Source of the DNA: an uncultured Gemmatimonadaceae bacterium
GTDB lineage: Bacteria > Gemmatimonadota > Gemmatimonadetes > Gemmatimonadales > Gemmatimonadaceae
Assembly (NCBI GenBank): GCA_963790305.1
Contig: CAWBOC010000006.1
Location: 128,001-192,000, forward strand
Length of the DNA stretch: 64,000 nt
Reading direction: 5' to 3'
The notes under the pieces were generated by a model, which did not search any database, was not told where the DNA came from, and was given only the letters and a program-made list of their open reading frames with translations. The position numbers and the translations under genes were made by a program. Of this stretch, positions 13,889-27,471 are shown piece after piece. Numbering within the stretch: position 1 is the stretch's first letter; every line of letters starts with the position of its first letter.

Positions 13889-14770
13889 ATGACCCGCGCC
13901 GGAATCGTGACCGTGGTCGGCAAGCCGAACGCCGGCAAATCGACGCTGCTCAACCGCCTCATCGGCGAGAAGCTCAGCATTACGAGCGACAAGCCGCAGT
14001 CCACTCGCGACCGCATCGTTGGGATCCTGACGAAGGACGACGTGCAGATGATCGTTCTCGACACCCCGGGACTGCTCGAGCCGCGCTACGAGTTACAACG
14101 CTCCATGCGCGCCACCTCGCTCAAGGCGCTCGAGGACGCTGACGTGATCGCCTATCTCGCCGACGCGCGCGACGGCCCGCCGCCGCCGCTCCGTGAAGCG
14201 GCCGAGCTGGCTCGCGATCCGCGAGCGCCGATCCTCACCGTGTTGAACAAGATCGACACGGTGAGCTCCCACGCACGTGACGCCCTGCGTCGCGAGCTGC
14301 CGACCGCCATCCAGCTCTCGGCGCTCACCGGCGACGGGGTCGATACGCTCGTGCGCGAGGTTACACCACACCTTCCCGAGAGCCCATTTCTCTACCCGGA
14401 CGACGAGATCGGGACACAATCCGTTCGCTTCTTCGCCAGTGAGCTGGTGCGCGAAACCGCGCTCGAGCAGCTCGAGGACGAAGTGCCCTACAGCGTCGCC
14501 TGCGGGATCGAGGAGTTTCGCGAGGACCGCTCGCCGGTGTACATTCGAGCAGTCATCTACGTCGAGCGGGAGAGCCAGAAGGGCATCCTCGTCGGCCACA
14601 AGGGAGCTCGCATCCGAGAGCTCGGGCGTGCCTCACGCCTCAAGATCGAGCGCCTCGTGGGTCAGCCGGTGTTCCTCGACCTCTGGGTCAAGGTGCTTCC
14701 CAATTGGCGTCGCAACGTCCAGTCTCTGCGCCGCCTCGGCTACGCGCTTCCGCAAGAAGGAGGTCGATGA
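13889..14770 (+). CDS. era: GTPase Era
   Basis: GKPNAGKST, DTPG, NKID, and KH domain VERESQKGILVG. Confidence 0.97.
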   Translation: MTRAGIVTVVGKPNAGKSTLLNRLIGEKLSITSDKPQSTRDRIVGILTKDDVQMIVLDTPGLLEPRYELQRSMRATSLKALEDADVIAYLADARDGPPPPLREAAELARDPRAPILTVLNKIDTVSSHARDALRRELPTAIQLSALTGDGVDTLVREVTPHLPESPFLYPDDEIGTQSVRFFASELVRETALEQLEDEVPYSVACGIEEFREDRSPVYIRAVIYVERESQKGILVGHKGARIRELGRASRLKIERLVGQPVFLDLWVKVLPNWRRNVQSLRRLGYALPQEGGR

Positions 14771-14934
14771 GCCTGTCCCCGCAAGTACTCCGCATCATCG
14801 TCTGCCCCAAGTGCAAGGGCGAGCTGGAATACCGCGAGGAGGAGCAGAGCCTGCTCTGCCATGCGTGCCGCCTTCGTTATGCGGTCCGCGACGACATCCC
14901 CGTCATGCTCATCGATGAGGCGACGCCGCTGTAG
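14767..14934 (+). CDS. Trm112/YcaR family protein
   Basis: IVCPKCKGEL...LLCHAC.LRYAVRDDIPVMLIDEA. Confidence 0.92.
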   Translation: MSLSPQVLRIIVCPKCKGELEYREEEQSLLCHACRLRYAVRDDIPVMLIDEATPL

Positions 14935-15895
14935 GGCGCGGGCCGCCATTGCGGTGCTGTCTCTCGTGGGAACGACCGCGAGCGCTCAGCCGTCCGGGCT
15001 CACCACGGAGGGCGCGCCGTTCCTGCTCCTGCCGGTCGGAGCACGCGCCGTGGGAATGGGCCAGGCCGTCGTCGCCGACCAGTTCGGCACGGAGGCGCTC
15101 TGGTGGAACCCGGCTGGGGTCGCCCGATCCGAGCGACGCGAGGTCGCCGTCCACCACTACGAAACGATCATTGGGACCGGGGATGTCGTGTCGATTCTGA
15201 TCCCGTCCTCGCTCCTGGGCGTATTCTCCGTGTCCCTGTATGCGCTCGACTATGGGGATTTTCCCGTCACCGATTCCCTGGGGACCGAGATTGGGTCCCT
15301 CCTGACACGCAACGTGGCCTATGCGGCGACGTATGCGACGCCAATCGGCGGCCGGATGAGCGCCGGCATCACGTTCAAGATCGTGCAGTTTCGCCTCGAC
15401 TGCACGACCGGATGCCCGTCGCTTTCCGGAACGACGAGCGCGCTCGATTTCGGCGCGCAATACGATCTTGGCTTTTTTGTGCCGGTGTCGGTGGGCGTCG
15501 CCGTTCGCAATGTCGGCGCGCCGCTGCAGGTGAACGACAGCCCGCAGGCTGATCCGCTGCCCACTCGCATCCAGATCGGAGTCCTCTATCGCGTGCCCGG
15601 GATGGAGCGTTATGCGCGCGAAACGGAGCTGCAGCTCACGGGCGACGTGGTCGACCGGTTGAACATGGAATCGCCGGCACCGCGCGTGGGCGCCGAGCTG
15701 AGCTGGCGACGACGGGCGCACCTGCGTGGTGGCTACGTATTCGAATCCGCTCGCAGCGCCGAGTCGGCCGGGCCGTCGATGGGCCTTGGCCTCGCGACGA
15801 GCAATCTGCGCCTCGACATCGCCACGATTTTCGAGGGATTCTCGACCGATGCCGGGAAGCGGCCCACCTACGTCTCGCTTCGCTACCTGTTCTGA
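14915..15895 (+). CDS. PorV/PorQ (UPF0164) family outer-membrane beta-barrel
   Basis: Signal peptide; FLLLPVGARAVGMG..A, WWNPAG; C-terminal LRYLF. Confidence 0.8.
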   Translation: MRRRRCRARAAIAVLSLVGTTASAQPSGLTTEGAPFLLLPVGARAVGMGQAVVADQFGTEALWWNPAGVARSERREVAVHHYETIIGTGDVVSILIPSSLLGVFSVSLYALDYGDFPVTDSLGTEIGSLLTRNVAYAATYATPIGGRMSAGITFKIVQFRLDCTTGCPSLSGTTSALDFGAQYDLGFFVPVSVGVAVRNVGAPLQVNDSPQADPLPTRIQIGVLYRVPGMERYARETELQLTGDVVDRLNMESPAPRVGAELSWRRRAHLRGGYVFESARSAESAGPSMGLGLATSNLRLDIATIFEGFSTDAGKRPTYVSLRYLF

Positions 15896-15896
15896 G

Positions 15897-16736
15897 ATGC
15901 GCGCCCTCTCGCTGGGCGTGTTCCTGTTGGCGGCGGCACTCCCCGCGTTTGCGCAGGGCGTCGAGAGCGAATTCACCCGCTCGGCCACGCTCGTGATTCC
16001 CCCGGGAGCCGCGCTCGTTGGCGTCGAAGCGAGCCCGCTTCCGCGCGTTCCCCGTCCGAGGTGGTGGGCGCCTCTCGCCTCGGCCGCGGCGCCCGGAAGT
16101 GGCCAGGCAGTGCTCGGCCAGAAGCGATGGCTGCCCTACATCGCCCTCGAGGTGTGGGCGTGGCTGCAGTACATCGACGTCAGACGCGAGGGAGGCCGGC
16201 GGAGGCGAGACTACCAGTCGCTCGCTCGGGACGTCGCGCGGTCTCGCTTCCCCGGCCCCTATCCGGTGGGGGACTTCGAGTACTACGAGCACATGCTCAC
16301 GAATCCCGAGAGCGGTGAGTTCGACGTGCTGCCCGGCGGCGGAATCGATCCGGAAACCGATACGACGACCTACAATGGGCGTCGATGGCTGGACGCGCGA
16401 CGGCTATTCTGGGAGGATCCCGGCAACGCGCCTCCTGTGGGCTCGCCGTCGTACGCGAGCGCTTTGGAGTTCTACGAGATGAACGCGATCCCCACCGCGT
16501 ACCGATGGTCGTGGCGGTTATCGCAGGTCGAGTACGACACGTTTCGACGGACGATAGTGCGCAGCAACGTCGCCTATAAACGTTCGGTTGAATACCTCGG
16601 TGTCATCATCGCGAACCACGCATTGAGCTCCGTCGACGCGTTCGTCACGCTCCGACTTCGCACCCGCGCGGGCATGCCGGGATATCTGGGCCTGGAGGGA
16701 GAGTTGCCCATGGCGTCGATCCTCCCACGCCACTAG
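15897..16736 (+). CDS. Hypothetical exported/membrane protein
   Basis: Signal peptide AFA|Q; SAAAPGSGQ...KRW motif; C-terminal NHALSSVDAF. Confidence 0.7.
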   Translation: MRALSLGVFLLAAALPAFAQGVESEFTRSATLVIPPGAALVGVEASPLPRVPRPRWWAPLASAAAPGSGQAVLGQKRWLPYIALEVWAWLQYIDVRREGGRRRRDYQSLARDVARSRFPGPYPVGDFEYYEHMLTNPESGEFDVLPGGGIDPETDTTTYNGRRWLDARRLFWEDPGNAPPVGSPSYASALEFYEMNAIPTAYRWSWRLSQVEYDTFRRTIVRSNVAYKRSVEYLGVIIANHALSSVDAFVTLRLRTRAGMPGYLGLEGELPMASILPRH

Positions 16737-16794
16737 GGGTTACGCGTCACGCGCTTAGGTCGTCTCTCAAAGAATCACGCAGGTGTGTTCGCTT

Positions 16795-16822
16795 TTGACT
16801 TGGTGAGAGCGAGCGGTAGTTT
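16795..16822 (+). promoter_or_regulatory. Putative promoter of the GGDEF/zinc-ribbon pair
   Basis: TTGACT-16 bp-TAGTTT in an intergenic gap. Confidence 0.5.
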
Positions 16823-16851
16823 GGCCCGAGCAGACACGAGGACCACCTAGC

Positions 16852-17841
16852 GTGGCCCAATCCCCGGCAATCTTTTACGCGAGCGATGAGCGCACGCTTC
16901 CATCCGCGGTGCGCGCGTGGCTGGAGGCGCGTTCGTATCCTCTGCTCGTGGTGAATCAGCCGGACGAGCTCATGGGCATCACGCTCCGTGGGCGCCCCCG
17001 AATGGTCATCTTCGACGCGCTCTCGTCGCTCGATCGCGCGGCTGACGCATGCCGCCGTCTCAAGGCGGACTCCTTCACCGGAGTGATCCCCTCGGTCATC
17101 CTCGTTCGAGACGATGTCGCGCTGCTCCAGCGTGCCTTCGCCGTTGGTGCCGATGAGGTGTTGAGCACACAGACGACCCCGCAGGAAATCGCTGCGCGCC
17201 TCGATTCCCTGGTCCGACGCGCCGATCGCGATCTGTACGTGCATCCCTCCACGCGGCTCCCGGGACCGCCAGGTATCGAAGCGGAAATCACCCGCCGACT
17301 GACGACCCCCGAGACCTTTGCTGTTTGCTACGCTGACCTCGACCACTTCAAGGAATACAACGACCGGTATAGCTATTTTGACGGCGACCGCGTCATTCGT
17401 ATTCTGGCGAAGATCCTCCACGACGTCGTGAAAGGCGTGTGCGGCGAGAACGGGTTCGTTGGACATATCGGTGGTGACGACTTCATCTTCATTGTTCCCG
17501 CGACGGCCATCGCGGAGACCTGTCAGGAGATCGTGTCGATCTTCGATGCGCTCGTCCCCTTCCAGTATTCCGAGCAGGATCGGCGTGCAGGGTACTATTT
17601 TGGGAAGGATCGGCGTGGGCAGCTCCATCGTGTGCCTCTCATGACGGTCTCGATCGGGATCGTCACCAATGAACGTCGCCACTTCACGCACCCCGGACAG
17701 GTCAGTGAGCTCGCCACGGAAATGAAGAGCTACGCAAAGACCCTCCCAGGCTCAGTCTTCGTCGTCGATCGCCGCCATGATCCGGCGGTGGAGGACGTAT
17801 CGCCCGCGCCGGCGCCGCTGGAGATCGGAGAAGGGAAGTGA
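16852..17841 (+). CDS. Diguanylate cyclase with degenerate receiver domain
   Basis: DLDHFKEYND, GD..I, GHIGGDDF, TVSIG; N-terminal REC-like region with AVGADE. Confidence 0.9.
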   Translation: MAQSPAIFYASDERTLPSAVRAWLEARSYPLLVVNQPDELMGITLRGRPRMVIFDALSSLDRAADACRRLKADSFTGVIPSVILVRDDVALLQRAFAVGADEVLSTQTTPQEIAARLDSLVRRADRDLYVHPSTRLPGPPGIEAEITRRLTTPETFAVCYADLDHFKEYNDRYSYFDGDRVIRILAKILHDVVKGVCGENGFVGHIGGDDFIFIVPATAIAETCQEIVSIFDALVPFQYSEQDRRAGYYFGKDRRGQLHRVPLMTVSIGIVTNERRHFTHPGQVSELATEMKSYAKTLPGSVFVVDRRHDPAVEDVSPAPAPLEIGEGK

Positions 17842-18638
17842 ACGTCTCCTGTCCGGAGTGCCGGTCGGTCTTTCGCGTCGACCCAACAAAGATCCCGACC
17901 GCCGGCGTGCGTGCCCGCTGCAGTGTCTGTGGAGGCGTGATCACGATCGGAAAGGGCGGGACGATCGAGAACGACTTCACCGATGGCCGTGCGGCGGCCG
18001 CTCCCGCTCCGCGTTCTGCCCCGCGCCCTCAACAGGCTCCACCGCCGCGAGCTCCGACGCCTGCTCCGCCAACGCCAGGGGTGGCGCCGTTCGCGCGGAA
18101 TACGCCATTGACGGGATCGCGCCCGGTGACGCCGCCCATCCCGACACCTGCTGCGCCGCGCCCATCCGCGCCGGTTGCGCCCTCGCCGGTGCAGCGACCC
18201 TCGGCGCCCAACGTACCTGGCGCGGGGCGCGCTCCCGCGCAGCCACCGAGCGCGCCGCGTCCGCAGCCCGCTGCGCCGACACCAGTCTCGCCCAGCGCGC
18301 CTACGCCTCGCGTATCCGTGCCAGCGCCCGCATCGCCATCGCCCGCACCCGCGGCACCGGCGGCGCCGTCGCGGTCGATCAATCCGTTCCTCTCGAACGA
18401 TCCGAACGTGAAGGCCAAGCGACTGGCGCGCGCGCTCGTGTCCGACATCGTCGCGTACTTTCCGCAGAAGCGGGAAGAAGGACTGCGCAACGGGACGCTC
18501 AAGCAGCTGTTTCGCGAGGAGATCAAGAAGAGCTACGAGGAGTACGTCGATCAGATGGGGAAGGAGTTCGCAGAGACCACGACGCACTTTCAGGACGCGC
18601 TCAACGAGGTTCTCGCCGGCGGGAAGAAGCTCTTCTAG
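17838..18638 (+). CDS. Zinc-ribbon (MJ0042-like) protein with long Pro-rich linker and helical C-terminal domain
   Basis: CPEC...CSVC; about 130 aa Pro/Ala-rich tract; KAKRLARALVSDI...; GTGA overlap with the cyclase. Confidence 0.85.
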   Translation: MNVSCPECRSVFRVDPTKIPTAGVRARCSVCGGVITIGKGGTIENDFTDGRAAAAPAPRSAPRPQQAPPPRAPTPAPPTPGVAPFARNTPLTGSRPVTPPIPTPAAPRPSAPVAPSPVQRPSAPNVPGAGRAPAQPPSAPRPQPAAPTPVSPSAPTPRVSVPAPASPSPAPAAPAAPSRSINPFLSNDPNVKAKRLARALVSDIVAYFPQKREEGLRNGTLKQLFREEIKKSYEEYVDQMGKEFAETTTHFQDALNEVLAGGKKLF

Positions 18639-18740
18639 ACGCTAGTCGCAACTCCCCGGTCCACATATATTCCGTTCGACCGAGCCGTCGTTCGCCGCTG
18701 TGGCGCGACGGCTCGTCGCATACCCGGACGTGGAGCGACA

Positions 18741-19856
18741 ATGGCGGAGTCGGATCGAGCTCGCAGGCTGCGCCAGCACGAGGCGCGTCTCGCCGAGCTG
18801 AGGGGGTATCTTTGACCTCGAGCGCAAGCGCGCGACGCTGAGCGCCCTCGAGACGCGCATGGCCGATCCTGGCTTCTGGAGCGATCAGGAGCAGGCGCAG
18901 AAGGTGATCGAGGAGTCCAAGGCGCTCAAGGCGTGGGTGGAGCCTTACGAGCGACTCGCCGCGCGGGTCAAGACGGCGATCGAGCTCGAGGAGATGCTCG
19001 CCGCCGAACCAGATGACGACATGGGGCGGGAGGTCGAGCGCGAGGCGGAGCAGCTCGACACGGAGATCGGCGAATTCGAGCTACGCTCGCTTCTTCGCGG
19101 CGAAGCGGACCATCGCGACGCGCAGGTCGAGATCGCGGCCGGCGCGGGCGGGACCGAGGCGCAGGACTGGGCGAAGATGCTCATGCGCATGTACACGCGG
19201 TGGGCCGAGCGGAAGGGGTTCGACGTCGACATCCTCGACCTGAGCGAAGGGGAAGAAGCCGGGATCAAGGGCGCAATCCTCGAGATCAAAGGCCGGTACG
19301 CGTATGGCTTCCTGCGCCCCGAAGCCGGGGTGCATCGGCTCGTACGCATTTCGCCCTTCGACGCGCAGTCGCGTCGACACACGAGCTTCGCCTCGGTGTT
19401 CGTCTATCCGGTCGTCAACGAGGAGATCAACATCGACCTGCGGGAGGAGGACATCCGCATGGATGTCTTCCGCGCGTCAGGCGCCGGCGGCCAGCACGTC
19501 AACAAGACGAGCTCGGCGGTGCGCCTCACGCACATTCCCTCAGGCATCGTGGTCTCATCGCAGCAGGAGCGCTCGCAGTTCAAGAACCGCGCGACCGCGA
19601 TGAAGGTCCTGAAGAACAAGCTGTATCAGGCCGAAGTCGAGCGGCGCCAGGCGATGAAGGCGGAAATCGACTCTGAGAAGAAGGACATCACGTTCGGCAG
19701 CCAGATCCGCAGCTACGTCTTTCAGCCCTACACGATGGTCAACGACCATCGCACCGAGCTCAAGATCGGCGACGTCCACCGGGTGATGGACGGCGACATC
19801 GACGCCTTCATCGAGGCGTACCTCAAGCGCTTCGGGCAGGGCGGCGAGGCCGCAGC

Positions 19857-19860
<4 letters not shown>
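18741..19860 (+). CDS. prfB: Peptide chain release factor 2 with programmed +1 frameshift
   Basis: SPF and GGQ motifs; ATG 18741 reads to AGGGGG TAT CTT TGA C, and the +1 frame continues into the main ORF. Confidence 0.97.
18801..18816 (+). promoter_or_regulatory. prfB frameshift cassette (internal SD plus CTT-TGA-C)
   Basis: AGGGGGTATCTTTGAC matches the canonical cassette. Confidence 0.95.
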
Positions 19861-21343
<1,483 letters not shown>

Positions 21344-21347
<4 letters not shown>

Positions 21348-22595
21348 CGCGCCTCGAGCTGTCCATCGCGTGGCGGTATCTCGGAGCCGGCGCGATTCGA
21401 AGCTGTTCTCGCTGATCAGCGTCATCGCGATCGGCGGCGTGATCGTCGGGCGTCAGCGCACTGATCGTCATCATCGGCGTCATGAACGGGCTCCAGAACG
21501 ATCTTCGCGAGAAGATTCTCGTCGGCAGCCCCGACATTCGCGTCCTGCCGTTCGGTGATGACATGACGATGGTCGACTGGCAAGCGACCCTCGAAACCGT
21601 CCGCAAGCAGCCCGGCGTCGTCGCCGCGGCGCCATTCATACACACCCAGGCCGTCGCCAGCGCCGGCCACCGCTACGCCGAAGGCGTGATGGTGGTGGGC
21701 ATCCAGCCAGAGTCGCGCACCGCGCAGAAGGTGACCACGATCCGGCAGACCGCGCTGCACGGGGACTTCCGTTTCGCTAGCGCGGACGGGAAGCAGACGA
21801 GGCGTCGTGCTTAGGCCGACGCGTCGCCGATCGGTTCGGCGTCTTTCCCGGTGACAAGATCAACCTCATCGGCTTCGGCGGAACGAAGATCAACGCGGCC
21901 ACCGGCGCCGTCATCCCTCAACTTCAGCAATTCGAGGTCACCGGAATCTTCGAGACGGGGATGTACGAGTACGACAATCAGTACGTGTACATGGCTCTTC
22001 CCGTCGCGCAGGAGTTCGCGGGCCTGGGAACGGCGGTCACGGGCATTGAAGCGCGCACGCCCACGCGCTGGGAGGCGCCGGAAACGGCCGAGCGCCTAGC
22101 CAATGCGCTCTCGCATCATCGCGTGCTGGACTGGCAGGAGCAGAACTGCGTCGCTCTTTCAAGCGCTGAAGCTCGAGAAGCTCGGGATGGGGATCATCCT
22201 GCTGCTGATCGTAGTCGTCGCCGCGTTCAATATCGTGAGTACGCTGACGATGGTCGTGGCGGACAAGACGCGGGAGATCGGCATCCTGAAGGCCATGGGC
22301 ATGACGGCGCGATCGATCCGCAACATTTTCTTCACGCAGGGTGTCGTAATCGGAATCGTTGGAACGGGACTGGGGCTCATGCTTGGAATCGCTGGGGCGC
22401 TGGCGCTCGGGAAGTACAAGCTGATTCGCCTTGATCCCGGCGGTATATTTCATCGATCACCTTCCCGTAGCGCTGGAACCCCTGGACGTTGCCTGGATCG
22501 TCCTGGCAAGTCTCGCGATTGCGGCGGTGGCGACGGTGCACCCGGCGATGCAGGCGGCGAAGCTGTATCCCGTCGACGCAATTCGACACGAATGA
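21344..22595 (+). CDS. lolC: Lipoprotein-releasing ABC transporter permease LolC/E (several apparent frameshifts)
   Basis: [58 protein letters not shown]. Confidence 0.88.
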
Positions 22596-23292
22596 TGGTC
22601 ATCGAGGCGCGCGATCTGGCGAAGTCGTATCGCGGAGGCGACGGCGGGCTCATCCATGTGCTCGACGGCGTCGATCTCGCCGTGCGGCGAGGTGAGATGG
22701 TGGCGATCGTCGGCGCGAGCGGCGCGGGCAAGAGCACACTCCTCCACGTTCTTGGCGCGCTCGATCGGCCGACCCGCGGATCGGTGCTGCTCGACGGTGA
22801 GCCACTGCACGGCCGGCCGGATGACGAGCTGGCCGAAGATTCGCAACCGGAAGATCGGCTTCGTCTTTCAGTTCCATCACCTGCTGCGGGAGTTCTCCGC
22901 CCTCGAGAACGTCATGATGCCGCTCCGGATCGCCGGCTTCGACGTCCGACATGCGCCGATCGCGCGCCGAGGAGCTGCTGGCGCGGGTTGGCCTGAGCGG
23001 ACGCATGACTCATCGCCCGGGCGAGCTCTCCGGCGGCGAGCAGCAGCGCACCGCGGTCGCCCGCGCCCTCGCCATCGATCCGGCCGTGCTCCTGGCCGAT
23101 GAGCCCTCCGGGAACCTCGATCATACCAACAGCGAGCGCCTGCACGAGCTCTTCTCGCAGCTGGCCAGTGACCTCGAGATCGCGATGGTGGTCGTCACTC
23201 ACAACCGGGCGCTCGCGAGCCGTGCCGACCGAGCGTTGCTGCTGGAAGATGGCCGGCTGCGGGATACGGACGTCAAAGAGGTGGTGACCTGA
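22592..23292 (+). CDS. lolD: Lipoprotein-releasing ABC transporter ATPase LolD (apparent frameshifts)
   Basis: [37 protein letters not shown]. Confidence 0.92.
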
Positions 23293-23785
23293 TGTTGTGC
23301 GATGTCTGCGGCGAGCGGGATGCGGTCGTCAAGGTGACCCAGGTGGGTGAACACGGCAAAACGCTCGTGCAGATGTGCGAGCGTTGCGCCGCTGATCGCA
23401 ACATTGAGACGACCGTCAGCCTGTCGAAGAACCCGCTTGGCGAGTTCCTGCTCGACCTGCAGAAGGAGACCTCACCGTCCACCGGGCGACACGGCACGCT
23501 GCAACTTCTGCAACGCCACGCTGCGCGACTTTCGCGCGACTGGGCGACTGGGCTGCGCGCGCTGCTATACGGCGTTCGAGCCGAGCTTGCGCGACCTGCT
23601 CCGCCGCGTGCACGGCAGCTCGAAGCACCTCGGCCGCGCGATATGAGTCGCCCGAGATCGCAATGACCGACGAGCAAACCGAGCTTCACGAGCTTCGCGA
23701 GCGGCTGCGTCGTGCCATCGAGGCCGAGCAATTCGAGCTCGCCGCGGAGCTGCGCGACCGCATCAAGGTGATGGGGGGAGTATGA
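23292..23785 (+). CDS. mcsA: McsA-like activator of protein-arginine kinase (apparent frameshifts)
   Basis: CDVC, CERC, CNFC, GRLGCARCY, and UVR motif AIEAEQFELAAELRDRI. Confidence 0.88.
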
Positions 23786-24859
23786 TCGATCTTTCCCTCC
23801 TTCCGGACAGCGGCGTCAGCTGGCTCGACGCGTCGGGACAGCACGCGGACATCGTCCTTTCGACGCGAATTCGCCTAGCGAGGAACGTGGAAGGGTTCGC
23901 GTTCGGGGCACGCGCCCGGGATGGCGAGCGGCTGCGGATCCTGACGCATGTAAAGGACGCGATTCACGCATCCTCCGGGCTGCACCAGGCCGTACTGGTT
24001 AGGGTGGACGAGCTGCCCCCGTCCGACCGGCTGCTTCTCCACGAGCGCCACCTGGTGAGCAAGGAATTGGCGGGCCTCGACCCCCAGCATCCGGTCCGGT
24101 CCGGGGCTGCGGTGTTTCTCGGGGACAAGTTGGGCGTCATGGTAAATGAAGAGGACCATCTCAGATTGCAATCGTTGCGCTCCGGGTTCAGCCTGTCCGA
24201 GGCGTACGCAGCAGTCGAAGGAGTGGATGCGCGAACTTGGCATGAGAATTCCCCTTGCTTTCCACAGGGAGTTCGGGTTTTTGACCTCGTGTCCGACGAA
24301 TACGGGCACTGGAATGCGGGCGTCGGTGTTAATCCATTTGCCGGGGCTCGTGCTGACGAGGGAGATTGGGAAGGTCCTGGCCAGCCTGCAGCAGATGGGA
24401 TTGACGTACCGCGGGCTGTACGGGGAAGGCAGCGAGGTGGTCGGAAACTTCTTCCAGATCTCGAATCAGACCACGCTCGGCCGGTCGGAAGCGGATCTAC
24501 TCGATCACCTCGATCACGTCGTGAAGAAGGTGATCGAGAACGAGGAGAAGGCGCGGCGGGTATTGCTTCGTGACGCCGGATACGTTATTGAAGACAAACT
24601 CTGGCGCGCGTACGGGACCCTGCGTTATGCCCGAAGCCTCACGTTCGACGAGGCGATGAATTACCTCAGCGGCGTGCGTCTGGCTGTGGGATTGAAACTG
24701 ATCTCCGGCCTTGGTGTATATACTCTCAACAAGCTCCTGATTTTTTCGCAGTCCGCGCACCTGGCGTATGCCGAGGGGCGACCGCTCTCCGAGAGCGAGG
24801 CCAACCTGGCGCGCGCCCGTTACGTGCGGCAGGTGTTGGCGGACGAAGTGGGGATGTGA
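23782..24859 (+). CDS. mcsB: Protein-arginine kinase McsB (apparent frameshift near 24225)
   Basis: STRIRLARN, NEEDHLRLQ, LTSCPTNTGTGMRASV, RGLYGEGS, QISNQ.TLG. Confidence 0.93.
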
Positions 24860-24895
24860 CGTGGCGGCCGAGGGTCCGCCAAAGCTGAGGGAGAC

Positions 24896-27383
<2,488 letters not shown>

Positions 27384-27415
27384 CTCCGCGAACCCGCGGC
27401 ACATCGCGGGGTATC

Positions 27416-27451
27416 ACGGCCGGTCTGCCCTAGTGGGCAGGCCGGCCGTTT
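27416..27451 (+). terminator. Stem-loop after clpC (terminator-like)
   Basis: ACGGCCGGTCTGCCC-TAGT-GGGCAGGCCGGCCGT with only a short T tail. Confidence 0.55.
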
Positions 27452-27471
27452 CGTGTCTATATTACGGGTCT

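Noticed and set aside
17330..17490. Hypr-type GGDEF (3',3'-cGAMP synthase), suggested by REC + GHIGGDDF
   Set aside because: The specificity position (PleD D344 equivalent, in NDRYSYFDGD) is Asp, not the Ser/Thr of Hypr enzymes, so c-di-GMP is the predicted product.
17990..18380. Repeat array or CRISPR-like region
   Set aside because: Low-complexity Pro/Ala codons within a CDS; no fixed-length repeat-spacer periodicity and no cas genes.
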